A stretch of 36,784 nucleotides of DNA, taken from assembly GCA_964550945.1 (NCBI GenBank), contig CAZKBD010000008.1:1-36784 (forward strand), written 5' to 3'. Position numbers and translations under genes: made by a program. This stretch comes from an uncultured Methanosarcinales archaeon (GTDB lineage: Archaea > Nanobdellota > Nanobdellia > Woesearchaeales > CAZKBD01). Positions 9,609 through 18,567 of the stretch are shown piece by piece (the first letter of the stretch is position 1; each line of letters begins with the position of its first letter). Below the pieces are notes generated by a model. It made no database searches. It was not told where the DNA came from and worked only from the letters and a program-made list of their open reading frames with translations.

Positions 9609-9815
9609 TTGTCAAAAACCATATATCTTAGATTGGTGGCATGTTTGAAGCCACCTTGATTTTATGGTGGTTTTTGAGCATGCTCAGAAATATACCATGA
9701 ACACAAAGAGTGTTGGAATTTGTCCATCAGTCAGATATGTCAGAAATCAAAGCTTTCTGAGCATATTAGAACTCTCTGATTTTTAAGAGACTGATGGTAT
9801 ATTTCTGACATATTA
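9609..9815. repeat. Palindromic REP/MITE-like element, expanded nested copy
   Basis: Skeleton TTGTCAAAAACC..GGTTTTTGAGCATGCTCAGAAA..TTTCTGACATATTA is shared with 30775-30833; the loops contain additional hairpins. Confidence 0.75.
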
Positions 9816-9900
9816 GTATCCAGTTACTATTATAAAATGCTACCAAAAGTTTTAATAAGGATAAGAGTTATATTAAAATATTAAATGGAGGTGGTAGAGA

Positions 9901-10377
9901 ATGGGTTTTTTGAGATTTATGAAGAAGGATAAGCTAGATTTGCCTCCTGCTCCCCCTATTGGCGATTTGCCCAGCTTGGAAAGAGAGTTTCCTTCTTTGC
10001 CAGAGATGCCATCTATACCCTCATTTAGTTCTGAAGAATTGCCTGAGCCGCCAAGAATGAGTTTGCCTAATCGTTTGCCTAATCCAGAACCAGTAGTTGA
10101 GGAGCCAGAGATGCCCAAGCCAAAAATTGAAAAGCCATTGTCTCCAAAGAAAGAAAGCAATTTTTCTCCTATTTATATGGAAGTTGATAAATATAGGGAT
10201 ATTTTGGAAGAGATGAGTTCTATCAAGGACTCCATAAAAGCTGCTGATAATGCCCTGCAAAAGTTATATGAGCTAAAGGACAATAGGGACAAAGAGATTG
10301 GAAGATGGCATGCTAGGATGGAAGATATCCAGAGAAAACTCAATTTTTTGGATAAAAGCTTGTTCGAAGGAAAATGA
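9901..10377 (+). CDS. Hypothetical protein: Pro-rich N-terminus plus coiled coil
   Basis: GGAGGTGG SD; Pro/Glu-rich low-complexity half followed by PIYMEVDKY and heptad repeats. Confidence 0.8.
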   Translation: MGFLRFMKKDKLDLPPAPPIGDLPSLEREFPSLPEMPSIPSFSSEELPEPPRMSLPNRLPNPEPVVEEPEMPKPKIEKPLSPKKESNFSPIYMEVDKYRDILEEMSSIKDSIKAADNALQKLYELKDNRDKEIGRWHARMEDIQRKLNFLDKSLFEGK

Positions 10378-10598
10378 GTGGCACAAGGGTGTTTGTTAAG
10401 ATTGAAAATTATGGAGATGTTATAGATATAATCGGGTTAATCAAAGAGAAGATAGGCGAATCAAGAGATGTCTTGGCGCGATTAGAGGAGTTGAAAAACC
10501 AGGAGGATTCTGAACTGGACATATGGAACAACACACTTGAAAACATCAAAAACAGGGTAGATTATATTGATAATGTTTTATTCCAGGAAAATATCTGA
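10374..10598 (+). CDS. Small coiled-coil hypothetical protein
   Basis: ATGA overlap with the previous gene; VFVKIENY followed by heptads. Confidence 0.8.
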   Translation: MSGTRVFVKIENYGDVIDIIGLIKEKIGESRDVLARLEELKNQEDSELDIWNNTLENIKNRVDYIDNVLFQENI

Positions 10599-10600
10599 AA

Positions 10601-10972
10601 ATGAAAGAGGATAACGAGCTTTTTTTTGTAGGGATTGATAATAATGCTGAGTTAAGGAGGAATATCCTCGAATCAGTAAAATTCTCCATTGAAAATTTAC
10701 AGAGCTATGAGAAATTAAAGGGTATCGGAGATGAAAAGATCAAGAACACAGCTAGATTAAGAAGCCTGTTAAGGGAAATTTCTAGCCTTGTCAATGACAT
10801 GAAAGATGAGCTGCCAAAAACAGGCCTTAAAGCTAAGCCAAAACCTAAAGAAGTGAGATTAGTAAAGCAAGTTGAAAAAAAGGTGGTTGTCAAGGCTGAA
10901 ACCGCTAGCGAGCTTGACAAATTGGATAAAGAGCTAAGGGATATCGAAAGCAAATTAAACAGCATTGTATAA
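10601..10972 (+). CDS. Coiled-coil hypothetical protein
   Basis: Starts 2 nt after the previous stop; FFVGIDNN followed by heptads. Confidence 0.8.
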   Translation: MKEDNELFFVGIDNNAELRRNILESVKFSIENLQSYEKLKGIGDEKIKNTARLRSLLREISSLVNDMKDELPKTGLKAKPKPKEVRLVKQVEKKVVVKAETASELDKLDKELRDIESKLNSIV

Positions 10973-10975
10973 AAG

Positions 10976-10983
10976 TTTAAATA
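10976..10983 (+). promoter_or_regulatory. TATA box of tRNA-Leu
   Basis: AAAAG-TTTAAATA about 30 nt upstream of the tRNA 5' end. Confidence 0.6.
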
Positions 10984-11010
10984 TAACTAACTAATTCTAA
11001 AGGTTTTTAT

Positions 11011-11177
11011 GCGAGGATGCCGGAGCGGCCAAACGGGATAGACTCAAGGCATTTGAAGATTGAGTGCTCATATAGGGTGCGATGAAAAGATCATTTGTAA
11101 GTCATCTATTGGCTTAGTGCCTACGGGGGATATTGCAACATAAGTTCAATACCCGAATTCAAATCCTCCTCCTCGCA
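11011..11177 (+). tRNA. tRNA-Leu(CAA) with two introns (37/38: 11049-11103; 53/54: 11130-11157)
   Basis: Acceptor stem GCGAGGA/TCCTCGC plus discriminator A; anticodon stem ATAGA/TCTAT with CAA at 11045-11047; long variable arm TGGCTTAGTGCCTAC; T arm GGGGG-TTCAAAT-CCTCC after removing the second intron; CCA not encoded. Confidence 0.9.
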
Positions 11178-11184
11178 CTTATTC

Positions 11185-12180
11185 TCACAAAATAAATAAG
11201 TCAAAGAAAGAATATGTCGCAGCGCCAGCTATTGCTGAAAAAGGGATTGTGATAATCCACGCCCACATTATGTTTCTGGCGATATGCCATCTTATTGATT
11301 TTGCCCTTTTTACTAATCCAACTCCTACTATTGAGCCAGAGATAACATGGGTGGTTGATACAGGTATGCCTAACAACGAACAGAACACTACAGTTAGCAT
11401 GCCGGATGTTTCGGCGCAAAAGCCATTTACCGGCTTTAATTTTGTAAGCCTTAATCCCATGGTTTTAATAACCTTTCTCCCCCCCATCAGCGTGCCTAAT
11501 CCAATTGTAAGATAACTTATTATGATTGCCCAATAAGGAACATCGAATGTTTTTAAAAAACCGCCACTAAACAATAAAAGAGTGATGATGCCTATTGTCT
11601 TTTGGGCGTCATTTGCTCCGTGGCTTAAGCTAAAAAGCGATGCTGAAACTAATTGCAGTTTTTTAAAATGTTTATTAAGCTTATGTGGATTTTTTTTCTT
11701 GAACATCCATAACACAAAAAGTGAGAATAAAGTTGCTCCGATAAGTCCTATGATCGGCGCAGCGAAAATAAATATTAAAACAATAATAACCCCGCTTAGG
11801 ATCACAACCTTAATGCCCCCAACTAGTACTGCAGCTCCAATAAAACCCCCTATCAAGGCATGAGAAGCTGATATTGGCAACCCAAGAAAAGTAGCAAGAT
11901 ACACCCATGCTATTGCTCCAACCATTCCTGACAAAATTATCGGAACAGTCACAAAACTTGGGTCTATCAGCCCAGTCCCAATTGTTTTGGCAACTGCAGT
12001 TGTGAAGAAAAAAGCCGCTACAAAATTGAAAGAAGCTGATAACAATGCTGCTGCTCTGAATGATAGTACTTTTGTGGCAACAACTGTGGATATTGCATTT
12101 GCAGCGTCATTTAACCCATTTCCAAAATCAAATAATAATGCGATTATTATTCCTATTATCACTAACCCTAGATCACCCAT
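11185..12180 (-). CDS. pit: PiT-family inorganic phosphate transporter
   Basis: GLNDAANAI and HGANDAQK signatures, PISASHA and PVSTTH; multi-TM. Confidence 0.95.
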   Translation of the reverse strand: MGDLGLVIIGIIIALLFDFGNGLNDAANAISTVVATKVLSFRAAALLSASFNFVAAFFFTTAVAKTIGTGLIDPSFVTVPIILSGMVGAIAWVYLATFLGLPISASHALIGGFIGAAVLVGGIKVVILSGVIIVLIFIFAAPIIGLIGATLFSLFVLWMFKKKNPHKLNKHFKKLQLVSASLFSLSHGANDAQKTIGIITLLLFSGGFLKTFDVPYWAIIISYLTIGLGTLMGGRKVIKTMGLRLTKLKPVNGFCAETSGMLTVVFCSLLGIPVSTTHVISGSIVGVGLVKRAKSIRWHIARNIMWAWIITIPFSAIAGAATYSFFDLFIL

Positions 12181-12814
12181 GTTTGACCACTATTGACTGC
12201 AGTATTATTGAAACATCTTTGCATCTGTCTGTTATTGATTCCATATACTCGTAAATCTCTTTTGTTTTGAACAAGAGTATCGGGTCTTTAATATTTTGGA
12301 ATATGGTTTTGAACCCATTAGATAATATCCTGTCTGCCTGATTCTCCAGCATATCTATCTTTACGCAATGGGCTTTGATATCTTTCAATCTTTTTAAGTC
12401 TCTGATAGCTAAGTTTACCTCTTCTATTGATTCAAACACAATCTTATTAAGCTCCAAGATTATGTTATCTGTCTTGTTGAGATTATACACTACCATCCTT
12501 CTGAAGGTTGTATCAACTGAATCAATTATGTCATCAAGAAGCACAGTCAACTCATGGATATCCTCCCTATCAAAAGGCGTGATAAAATCCTTGTCTATCT
12601 GCTCAATGATCTGCTTAGAAAGCTTATCGCCTTTTTCCTCTGTATCTTTCATCTTTTTCTGGTGCTCTTCTCTCTCTTCATGCGTCAACTGGGTATACCC
12701 ATTAACCGAATCCAAAAAAAGTTTTCCTCCTTCTAATATATTATCGGATTGCCTGTTAAGCATCATAAAGAATTTAGTCTCATTTGGCAACAAAAATTTC
12801 AATATATTTGGCAT
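12173..12814 (-). CDS. DUF47 PhoU-like phosphate transport regulator
   Basis: FITPFDREDI, LDDIID, ENQADR; overlaps the pit start. Confidence 0.92.
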   Translation of the reverse strand: MPNILKFLLPNETKFFMMLNRQSDNILEGGKLFLDSVNGYTQLTHEEREEHQKKMKDTEEKGDKLSKQIIEQIDKDFITPFDREDIHELTVLLDDIIDSVDTTFRRMVVYNLNKTDNIILELNKIVFESIEEVNLAIRDLKRLKDIKAHCVKIDMLENQADRILSNGFKTIFQNIKDPILLFKTKEIYEYMESITDRCKDVSIILQSIVVKHG

Positions 12815-12950
12815 AAAACATGGCCAGTGAGTGGTATTTTATAACTTTTTATGTTTTGTGTATTATATATCCCATATTGTATATTATTTTGAATGGATTA
12901 TAACAACAAGATTGGTAAACTATTTAAACTAATTAGTTTATTGTTTGTTA

Positions 12951-14285
12951 ATGATTGAAATTTGCGCTATCGGCGGTTATAATGAAGTCGGCAAGAATAT
13001 GACCGCTGTCAAGGTAGACGACGATGTGATAATTCTAGATATGGGCTTGCATCTCGACAGCTATATAAGGTATACAGATGACGAGGATGTCCATAATGTC
13101 TCGGCAAAAGAGTTATTAAGAGTAGGGGCAGTACCAGATGACTCAGTTATAGAGGGATGGAGAGGCAATGTTAGGGCGATTATACCAACTCATGCTCATT
13201 TAGATCATGTTGGCGCTTTGGTTTTCTTGGCTAAGAAGTATGATGCTCCTATTCTAGCTACTCCTTTCACAGTAGAGGTTGTAAAGTCTATCAGCAGGGA
13301 TGATAAAATAACAATAAAGAATGAGATTAAAACCCTATGCGCAAATTCTGTTTACCATGTTAACGAAAGTTTAAAGATTGAGTTTATTAACATGACTCAT
13401 TCCACGCCTCAGACAGTTATGGTTGCTCTTCATACAAAGTACGGCATTATTATGTATGCAAATGATTTTAAGTTTGACAACCATCCTGTAATTGGCAAAA
13501 AGCCAAACTACCATAAATTAGAAGAGCTGGGCAAGCAAGGGGTGACTGCATTAATCTGTGATTGCACAAGAGCCAAGAATCCGATTAAAACCCCCAGTGA
13601 GACTGTAGCCAGGGAGATGTTAAGAGATGTTCTTCTAGGCACTGATTCAAGCGGTAAAGCTGTTATTGTTACGACTTTTTCATCTCATTTGGCCCGTTTG
13701 AAATCAATAATCGAATTTGGAAAGAAGATGAACCGCAAGATAGTCTTTCTTGGAAGAAGCTTGGCTAAATATGTTGCTGCCGGTGAGGCTATAGGGCTGG
13801 TTGATTTCTCAAGCCAGGTTGAAATCGTTAAATATGGAAGTAAGATAAAAAAGAAGCTAAAGGATATTGAAAGAAAAGGCAAAGAAAAATATCTGCTGGT
13901 GGTTACAGGGCATCAAGGAGAGCCAAAATCGACTTTGGCAAAGATGGTTGATAAGCAGCTTCCATTCAGATTTTCACCAGAGGATAACATAATTTTCTCA
14001 TGCACTATCATTCCAAGTCCAGTTAATTTGGAGAACAGAAAATTGCTTGAAGATAAGCTCAAGAAATTCAAAGTGAGGATTTTTCTTGACATTCATCAAT
14101 CAGGCCATGCTGCAAGGGAGGATTTAAGGGATCTGATAAATATGGTAAAGCCTAAACATATCATCCCAGCTCATGGCGATGACAGCATGAAAGGAGCATT
14201 AGTTGATCTGGCCATTGAGAAAGGGTATAAATTGGATGAAGATGTGCATGTGATGCATGACGGCGACAGGCTGAAGATTGGTTAG
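12951..14285 (+). CDS. rnj: Ribonuclease J (beta-CASP), archaeal type
   Basis: GGYNEVGKNM, THAHLDH, THSTP, TGHQGEP, HQSGHA, PAHG; ATG at 12951 preferred as start. Confidence 0.93.
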   Translation: MIEICAIGGYNEVGKNMTAVKVDDDVIILDMGLHLDSYIRYTDDEDVHNVSAKELLRVGAVPDDSVIEGWRGNVRAIIPTHAHLDHVGALVFLAKKYDAPILATPFTVEVVKSISRDDKITIKNEIKTLCANSVYHVNESLKIEFINMTHSTPQTVMVALHTKYGIIMYANDFKFDNHPVIGKKPNYHKLEELGKQGVTALICDCTRAKNPIKTPSETVAREMLRDVLLGTDSSGKAVIVTTFSSHLARLKSIIEFGKKMNRKIVFLGRSLAKYVAAGEAIGLVDFSSQVEIVKYGSKIKKKLKDIERKGKEKYLLVVTGHQGEPKSTLAKMVDKQLPFRFSPEDNIIFSCTIIPSPVNLENRKLLEDKLKKFKVRIFLDIHQSGHAAREDLRDLINMVKPKHIIPAHGDDSMKGALVDLAIEKGYKLDEDVHVMHDGDRLKIG

Positions 14286-14368
14286 CCGATTTATTCCTAT
14301 TTGTATAATAAAGAACAACAAACTATTTAAATAGGGGTATAATACTCGAGCATAGTGGGGGTGTTTTT

Positions 14369-15115
14369 ATGAAACTAACTTTAGCTGAACCTAAATATCT
14401 TAAGGACAGTATTTCTATTATTTCTGATCTTGTCAACGAAGCAAGGTTTAAAATTAATAAAGATGCTATCGAGTTAGTAGCTATGGACCCTGCTAATGTT
14501 GCAATGGTCATTTTTAGGCTGTTTAGCTCATGTTTTACAGAGTATGACGTTAAAAAAGATGTTGAGATCGGAATCAATTTAAGCAACCTAAAGCAGATAT
14601 TAAGAAGGGCTAACCCAAATGATATGTTAAGCCTTGAGCTGGATCCTAACAATAAGCTAAAAATAACCCTAAAGGGAATTTCAAACAGGGCTTTCAGCCT
14701 TCCAATAATCGAATTAGAAGAAAAAGAACAAAAGATTCCTGATTTAAAGTTCCCAGTTACAATTAAAACTAATCCCGGATTGTTTAACGAAGCAATTGAA
14801 GATGCGGATATTGTTGCTGAGAGTGTTAGTTTTATTGGAGAGCCTAACAAGTTCACTATCCGTGCTGAAGGAGATTTAAGCCAGGCAAAGATAGATATTA
14901 ATGAAAGCGACTCAACAAAGATAAATGTTGATGGCCAAGACCCTATTAAATCAAAATACAGCATTGAATATCTGAAAAAGATGATAAATTCAAGCAAATT
15001 AGCAGATGACTTGACAATACAATTCAACAAGGATTATCCTTTAAAGCTTGAATACAAAACAATAGACAAAGTTACGATGAGTTTTATTTTGGCTCCAAGG
15101 GTAGAGAACGACTAG
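14369..15115 (+). CDS. pcn: DNA polymerase sliding clamp PCNA
   Basis: AMDPANVAM, YSIEYLKK, DYPLKLEY, FILAPR. Confidence 0.97.
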   Translation: MKLTLAEPKYLKDSISIISDLVNEARFKINKDAIELVAMDPANVAMVIFRLFSSCFTEYDVKKDVEIGINLSNLKQILRRANPNDMLSLELDPNNKLKITLKGISNRAFSLPIIELEEKEQKIPDLKFPVTIKTNPGLFNEAIEDADIVAESVSFIGEPNKFTIRAEGDLSQAKIDINESDSTKINVDGQDPIKSKYSIEYLKKMINSSKLADDLTIQFNKDYPLKLEYKTIDKVTMSFILAPRVEND

Positions 15116-15128
15116 TTTCATACAAACT

Positions 15129-15605
15129 TCATATAAATAAATTAATCTTGCTTTTTGTTGCGTTATCTAGGAAGTCTGATATGTCTGCTATTTCTGAGAC
15201 CTCATCAATAAAGTCTTCCTTTTTCAGCCCCATCAATACCATTGATGTATCGCAAGCTTGAAATGTCGCTCCCAATTGTTTTAGTGTTTTTATCATTTCT
15301 GGGATATCCCTGATATTGTATTTTTTCATTAAACCCTTTATCAATCCTTTGCCTGCACCACAAAAATTGAACTTTGAAAGCTTTAAGTGATTTGAGCCTC
15401 CGCGATTTATAAAGCCAAACATTCTTTGGACAAAATTTTTTCCAACAAAAAGCTTGTCTTTTCTTATAATATTAAGGCCCCAGAATGTAAAAAATAGTTT
15501 TACATCCATTCCCTTTGCAGCAGCCCCTAAAGCTATTATCATGCCAGCAAGCGCTCTATCTAGGTCTCCGCTAAAAAAAACTATAGTTGCTTTTTCTTTT
15601 GCCAT
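15129..15605 (-). CDS. DsrE/DsrF-like (DrsE_2) sulfur-carrier protein
   Basis: FSGDLDRA, FFTFWGL, ACDTSM with conserved Cys; start at 15605 just after the E1 stop. Confidence 0.88.
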   Translation of the reverse strand: MAKEKATIVFFSGDLDRALAGMIIALGAAAKGMDVKLFFTFWGLNIIRKDKLFVGKNFVQRMFGFINRGGSNHLKLSKFNFCGAGKGLIKGLMKKYNIRDIPEMIKTLKQLGATFQACDTSMVLMGLKKEDFIDEVSEIADISDFLDNATKSKINLFI

Positions 15606-15606
15606 T

Positions 15607-16419
15607 TTATATGCCAGAACAGAAATGTTCGTAATCAATTAGGTCTTTAATTTTTGGGTTCTTACCGCATAAAGGGCAATTGGGATCTTTATTTAACTTT
15701 ACTTCTTTAAAGGACATAGCTAAAGCATCATACAATAACAGTCTTCCTTTTAATGGATTTCCTAATCCGAGTATTAGTTTTATTGTTTCTGTTGCCTGTA
15801 TAAGCCCTATAAGGCCAGGTAACACGCCTAAAACACCAGCTTCCTGGCAGCTTGGGACCTCTCCAGGAGGTGGGGGAAATGGATGCAAGCAGCGGTAACA
15901 AGGGCCATTATCTGGTATGAAAACAGTAGCCCTGCCTTCAAATTGAAATACAGAGCCATAAACATTGGGCTTTTTATCAAAGTAGCATGCATCATTTACT
16001 AAATATCTTGTGGCAAAGTTATCACAGCCGTCAACAACAATATCAAAGTTTTTTATTATATCCTTAACATTCTTTGAAGTTAACTTTTCTGCATAAGTAA
16101 TTATTTTCACATCAGGGTTAATAGACTCTAAAGTTTCCTTAGCTGATTCTACTTTTAACTTTCCAATATCCCTGCAGGAATGAAGAATCTGCCTTTGGAG
16201 ATTGCTTACATCAACCTTATCCATGTCTATTATGCCGATAGTGCCAACGCCTGCTGCAGCTAGATAGAACGCAACAGGAGAGCCTAAACCGCCAGCTCCA
16301 ACACACAATACCTTGGCTTTCTGCAGCTTTTTTTGTCCTCTGCCACCTACTTCGGGCAGTATTATATGGCGGCTGTATCTCTTGATCTGCTCATCATTAA
16401 ATCCAAAATTGTCTGTCAT
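15607..16419 (-). CDS. moeB: MoeB/ThiF-family E1-like adenylyltransferase
   Basis: RYSRHI, GAGGLGS, SNLQRQ, CYRC, SCQEAGVLG, CPLC; no rhodanese domain. Confidence 0.93.
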   Translation of the reverse strand: MTDNFGFNDEQIKRYSRHIILPEVGGRGQKKLQKAKVLCVGAGGLGSPVAFYLAAAGVGTIGIIDMDKVDVSNLQRQILHSCRDIGKLKVESAKETLESINPDVKIITYAEKLTSKNVKDIIKNFDIVVDGCDNFATRYLVNDACYFDKKPNVYGSVFQFEGRATVFIPDNGPCYRCLHPFPPPPGEVPSCQEAGVLGVLPGLIGLIQATETIKLILGLGNPLKGRLLLYDALAMSFKEVKLNKDPNCPLCGKNPKIKDLIDYEHFCSGI

Positions 16420-16427
16420 TTTAGTTT

Positions 16428-16664
16428 TTAGTTCTGTTGCGCTTCTATATCCTCCACTATTATTCCAAAATCTTTTAGATATTTCTCTCCTTTTTGTATT
16501 TCTTCAATATCACCATTCAGCTCTATCAACACCCAGCCATAATCATTTGTCACATTTGCTTTTCTTATATTAGTAACCACCTTAAATTTATGGCCTAGAT
16601 TATAGATTAATGGTTCTTTTACCAGCTTTTTTGGGAATGTTAGATTTAAGACTTTTGTTGCCAT
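16428..16664 (-). CDS. Stand-alone NIL-domain protein
   Basis: LTFPKKLVKEPLIY...TNIRKANV...GWVLIELNG pattern; ATG at 16664 just after the carrier stop. Confidence 0.8.
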   Translation of the reverse strand: MATKVLNLTFPKKLVKEPLIYNLGHKFKVVTNIRKANVTNDYGWVLIELNGDIEEIQKGEKYLKDFGIIVEDIEAQQN

Positions 16665-16665
16665 T

Positions 16666-16935
16666 TTAGCCTCCAGCAATGGAAGGAACGATTGTAACTT
16701 CCTTGCCTTCTGTTTTAGTCTGCTCTTTCTGCAAAAACCTGATGTCCTCATCGCCAACATACACATTGATAAATTTCCTTATTTTCCCTGACTCGTCTAA
16801 AAGCCTTTTCTTTATGCCGGGATATGTTTTATCCAGATTTTCAATTGCATCTATAACAGTGCTGCCCTCTACTTCTACCTCTGATTTTTGGCCAGTAAGT
16901 TTCCTTAATGGAGTGGGTATTTTTATATTAACCAT
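16666..16935 (-). CDS. Ubiquitin-like sulfur carrier (MoaD/ThiS/CysO/SAMP family)
   Basis: IPTPLR, FINVYVGDEDIR, C-terminal IAGG; GGAGG SD. Confidence 0.93.
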   Translation of the reverse strand: MVNIKIPTPLRKLTGQKSEVEVEGSTVIDAIENLDKTYPGIKKRLLDESGKIRKFINVYVGDEDIRFLQKEQTKTEGKEVTIVPSIAGG

Positions 16936-16963
16936 TTTGCACCTCCTATGCTAAGTTTCTATG

Positions 16964-17182
16964 CTAGGTTTTACACACTCTTCCATAGCTTATTTTATTC
17001 CACGCTCTTTCATGAATGTAGTAGCTAAATAGCTTAATTATAGCATCAGTAAATCCAATACCAAGTGATAAAACTATTTGTCCAGTAAACAAAAAGGCCA
17101 CTATTGCAGTAATAAATGTCGCAACAATCCGCCAAGTTATTGTTTTGGCTATGCTTCTTTTATGGCTTTCCAAAATAATCAC
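16964..17182 (-). CDS. DUF2061 small membrane protein
   Basis: ESHKRSIAKTITWR...YYIHERAW. Confidence 0.88.
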   Translation of the reverse strand: MIILESHKRSIAKTITWRIVATFITAIVAFLFTGQIVLSLGIGFTDAIIKLFSYYIHERAWNKISYGRVCKT

Positions 17183-18504
17183 CTAACCTCATTCAAAAGC
17201 CTCCCAGCCTCTTTTTCAAACCCGTATTCTTTTGAAGCTTTTATCAAATCATCCTCTATTCTTCCTATTCCTGTACCAGTTATATTGGCTACAACAACAT
17301 CATTTTCACTGAAGATTCCTAATTTAGCTGCCTTTATTATTCCGGCTATTGCCACGCCTCCAACAAATTGAGCAAATATCCCTTCTTTGAAGTATAAGTC
17401 AATTGTTGCCTTTACTATCTCCTTTTCAGCTACTTTAAAGCCTCCTCCTTTGCTTTCCGCTATCACGTCTAATGCTTGGTGTCCAGAGCCGGGTTTTCCA
17501 ATTGCTATTGACTTAGCAATGGTATTTGGGTTTTTGATAGGATGGATATCCTCTTTTCCAATTGCATCAATTATTGGAGAGCATTGTTCTGGCTGTACAC
17601 CCCACATTTTTATTGGATTATGAAAAAGATTAATGGTCTTCAGCTCATTAATGCCTTTATATGCTGAACAAAATAATGCGCCTGATCCTAAAGGATAAAA
17701 TATGTTTACTGTTTTATCTCTATTAATAAGTTTTTTTAACTGCAGGGCTATTTCTGTGCCAGATGTCTTAGATCCTTCTTTGTAATACGGCCTAAAACTG
17801 TTATTTGGAACAAAATTTGTCTTTTTCCCAGTAGTTTTTATCTCTTCTTCATTTGCCTTGTCACAATCATTCATTGCTTTTATGTTGCAATCATCATAGC
17901 TTAAGTCAAGCTCTTTTAAGTCATCTGGGCTTGGAAGGTATTGCCTTATTGCATCTTTTTTAATCTCTCCTAAACTTTTTGGCACATAAATAAAAGGCTT
18001 TATTCCTGTTTTCTCTGCAAAATAAGCAGAGGATATTGCTAAATTTCCTGTCGAAGCAACATACACCCTATTATAGCCTGATTCTAAGGCTTTGTTAAAT
18101 GCTAATGTCACTGGCCTATCTTTAAATGACCTTGTTGGGAGCGCTTCTGTGCAATCCAGTTTTAGGAATAACTTAATTCCAAGCTCTTTTCCAATGGATT
18201 TGGACTCAATAAGGGGGGTAAATGGCTGGTCTTGTGAAATTTTTATTTCATCAATTGGCAATAGCTCTTTTAATTTCCAGAAGGTATCTGGCCGCTTATT
18301 TAACTCTTGCTCTGTTAATATGCCTTTTAGTTTTTCATAATCATATTTAACATCTAAAGGGCCAAAACAAACATCATAACAGACATTAACTAAGATAGTC
18401 CCTTGCTCTTCCTTCAGCCTTTCAAGCGTATAAACCTCACCGCAGCTTAAGCATTGCAAATGCTTTACAAGCCCAAGTTTCGTTTTTGTTTTATCAAAGC
18501 CCAT
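17179..18504 (-). CDS. Threonine-synthase-like PLP enzyme (divergent)
   Basis: N-terminal CLSC..C..C, SFKDR (PLP Lys), ASTGN, EGSKT, PLGSG, SIAIGKP, NITGTG; start 18504 chosen from TATA spacing. Confidence 0.8.
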   Translation of the reverse strand: MGFDKTKTKLGLVKHLQCLSCGEVYTLERLKEEQGTILVNVCYDVCFGPLDVKYDYEKLKGILTEQELNKRPDTFWKLKELLPIDEIKISQDQPFTPLIESKSIGKELGIKLFLKLDCTEALPTRSFKDRPVTLAFNKALESGYNRVYVASTGNLAISSAYFAEKTGIKPFIYVPKSLGEIKKDAIRQYLPSPDDLKELDLSYDDCNIKAMNDCDKANEEEIKTTGKKTNFVPNNSFRPYYKEGSKTSGTEIALQLKKLINRDKTVNIFYPLGSGALFCSAYKGINELKTINLFHNPIKMWGVQPEQCSPIIDAIGKEDIHPIKNPNTIAKSIAIGKPGSGHQALDVIAESKGGGFKVAEKEIVKATIDLYFKEGIFAQFVGGVAIAGIIKAAKLGIFSENDVVVANITGTGIGRIEDDLIKASKEYGFEKEAGRLLNEVR

Positions 18505-18567
18505 TTTAAGTGTAAGCCCCATATTATTTATATACATTACTGACGCTAATATTCTTATTGGAATAAT

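Noticed and set aside
14323..15030. 235-aa minus-strand ORF
   Set aside because: Antisense shadow of PCNA. The same applies to the many short antisense ORFs over herA, pit, hem, cys and other genes.
16428..16766. 112-aa form of the NIL protein, and similarly extended starts for dsrE, tusA, cysM, thrC-like and bioY
   Set aside because: The extensions overlap neighbouring genes or promoters; downstream ATGs fit SD, TATA spacing or stop-start coupling better.
15607..16935. Molybdopterin or thiamine biosynthesis role for the E1 and carrier
   Set aside because: No moaA/C/E or thiG nearby; the context is Cys/Hcy synthesis. A SAMP-like protein-conjugation role cannot be excluded.
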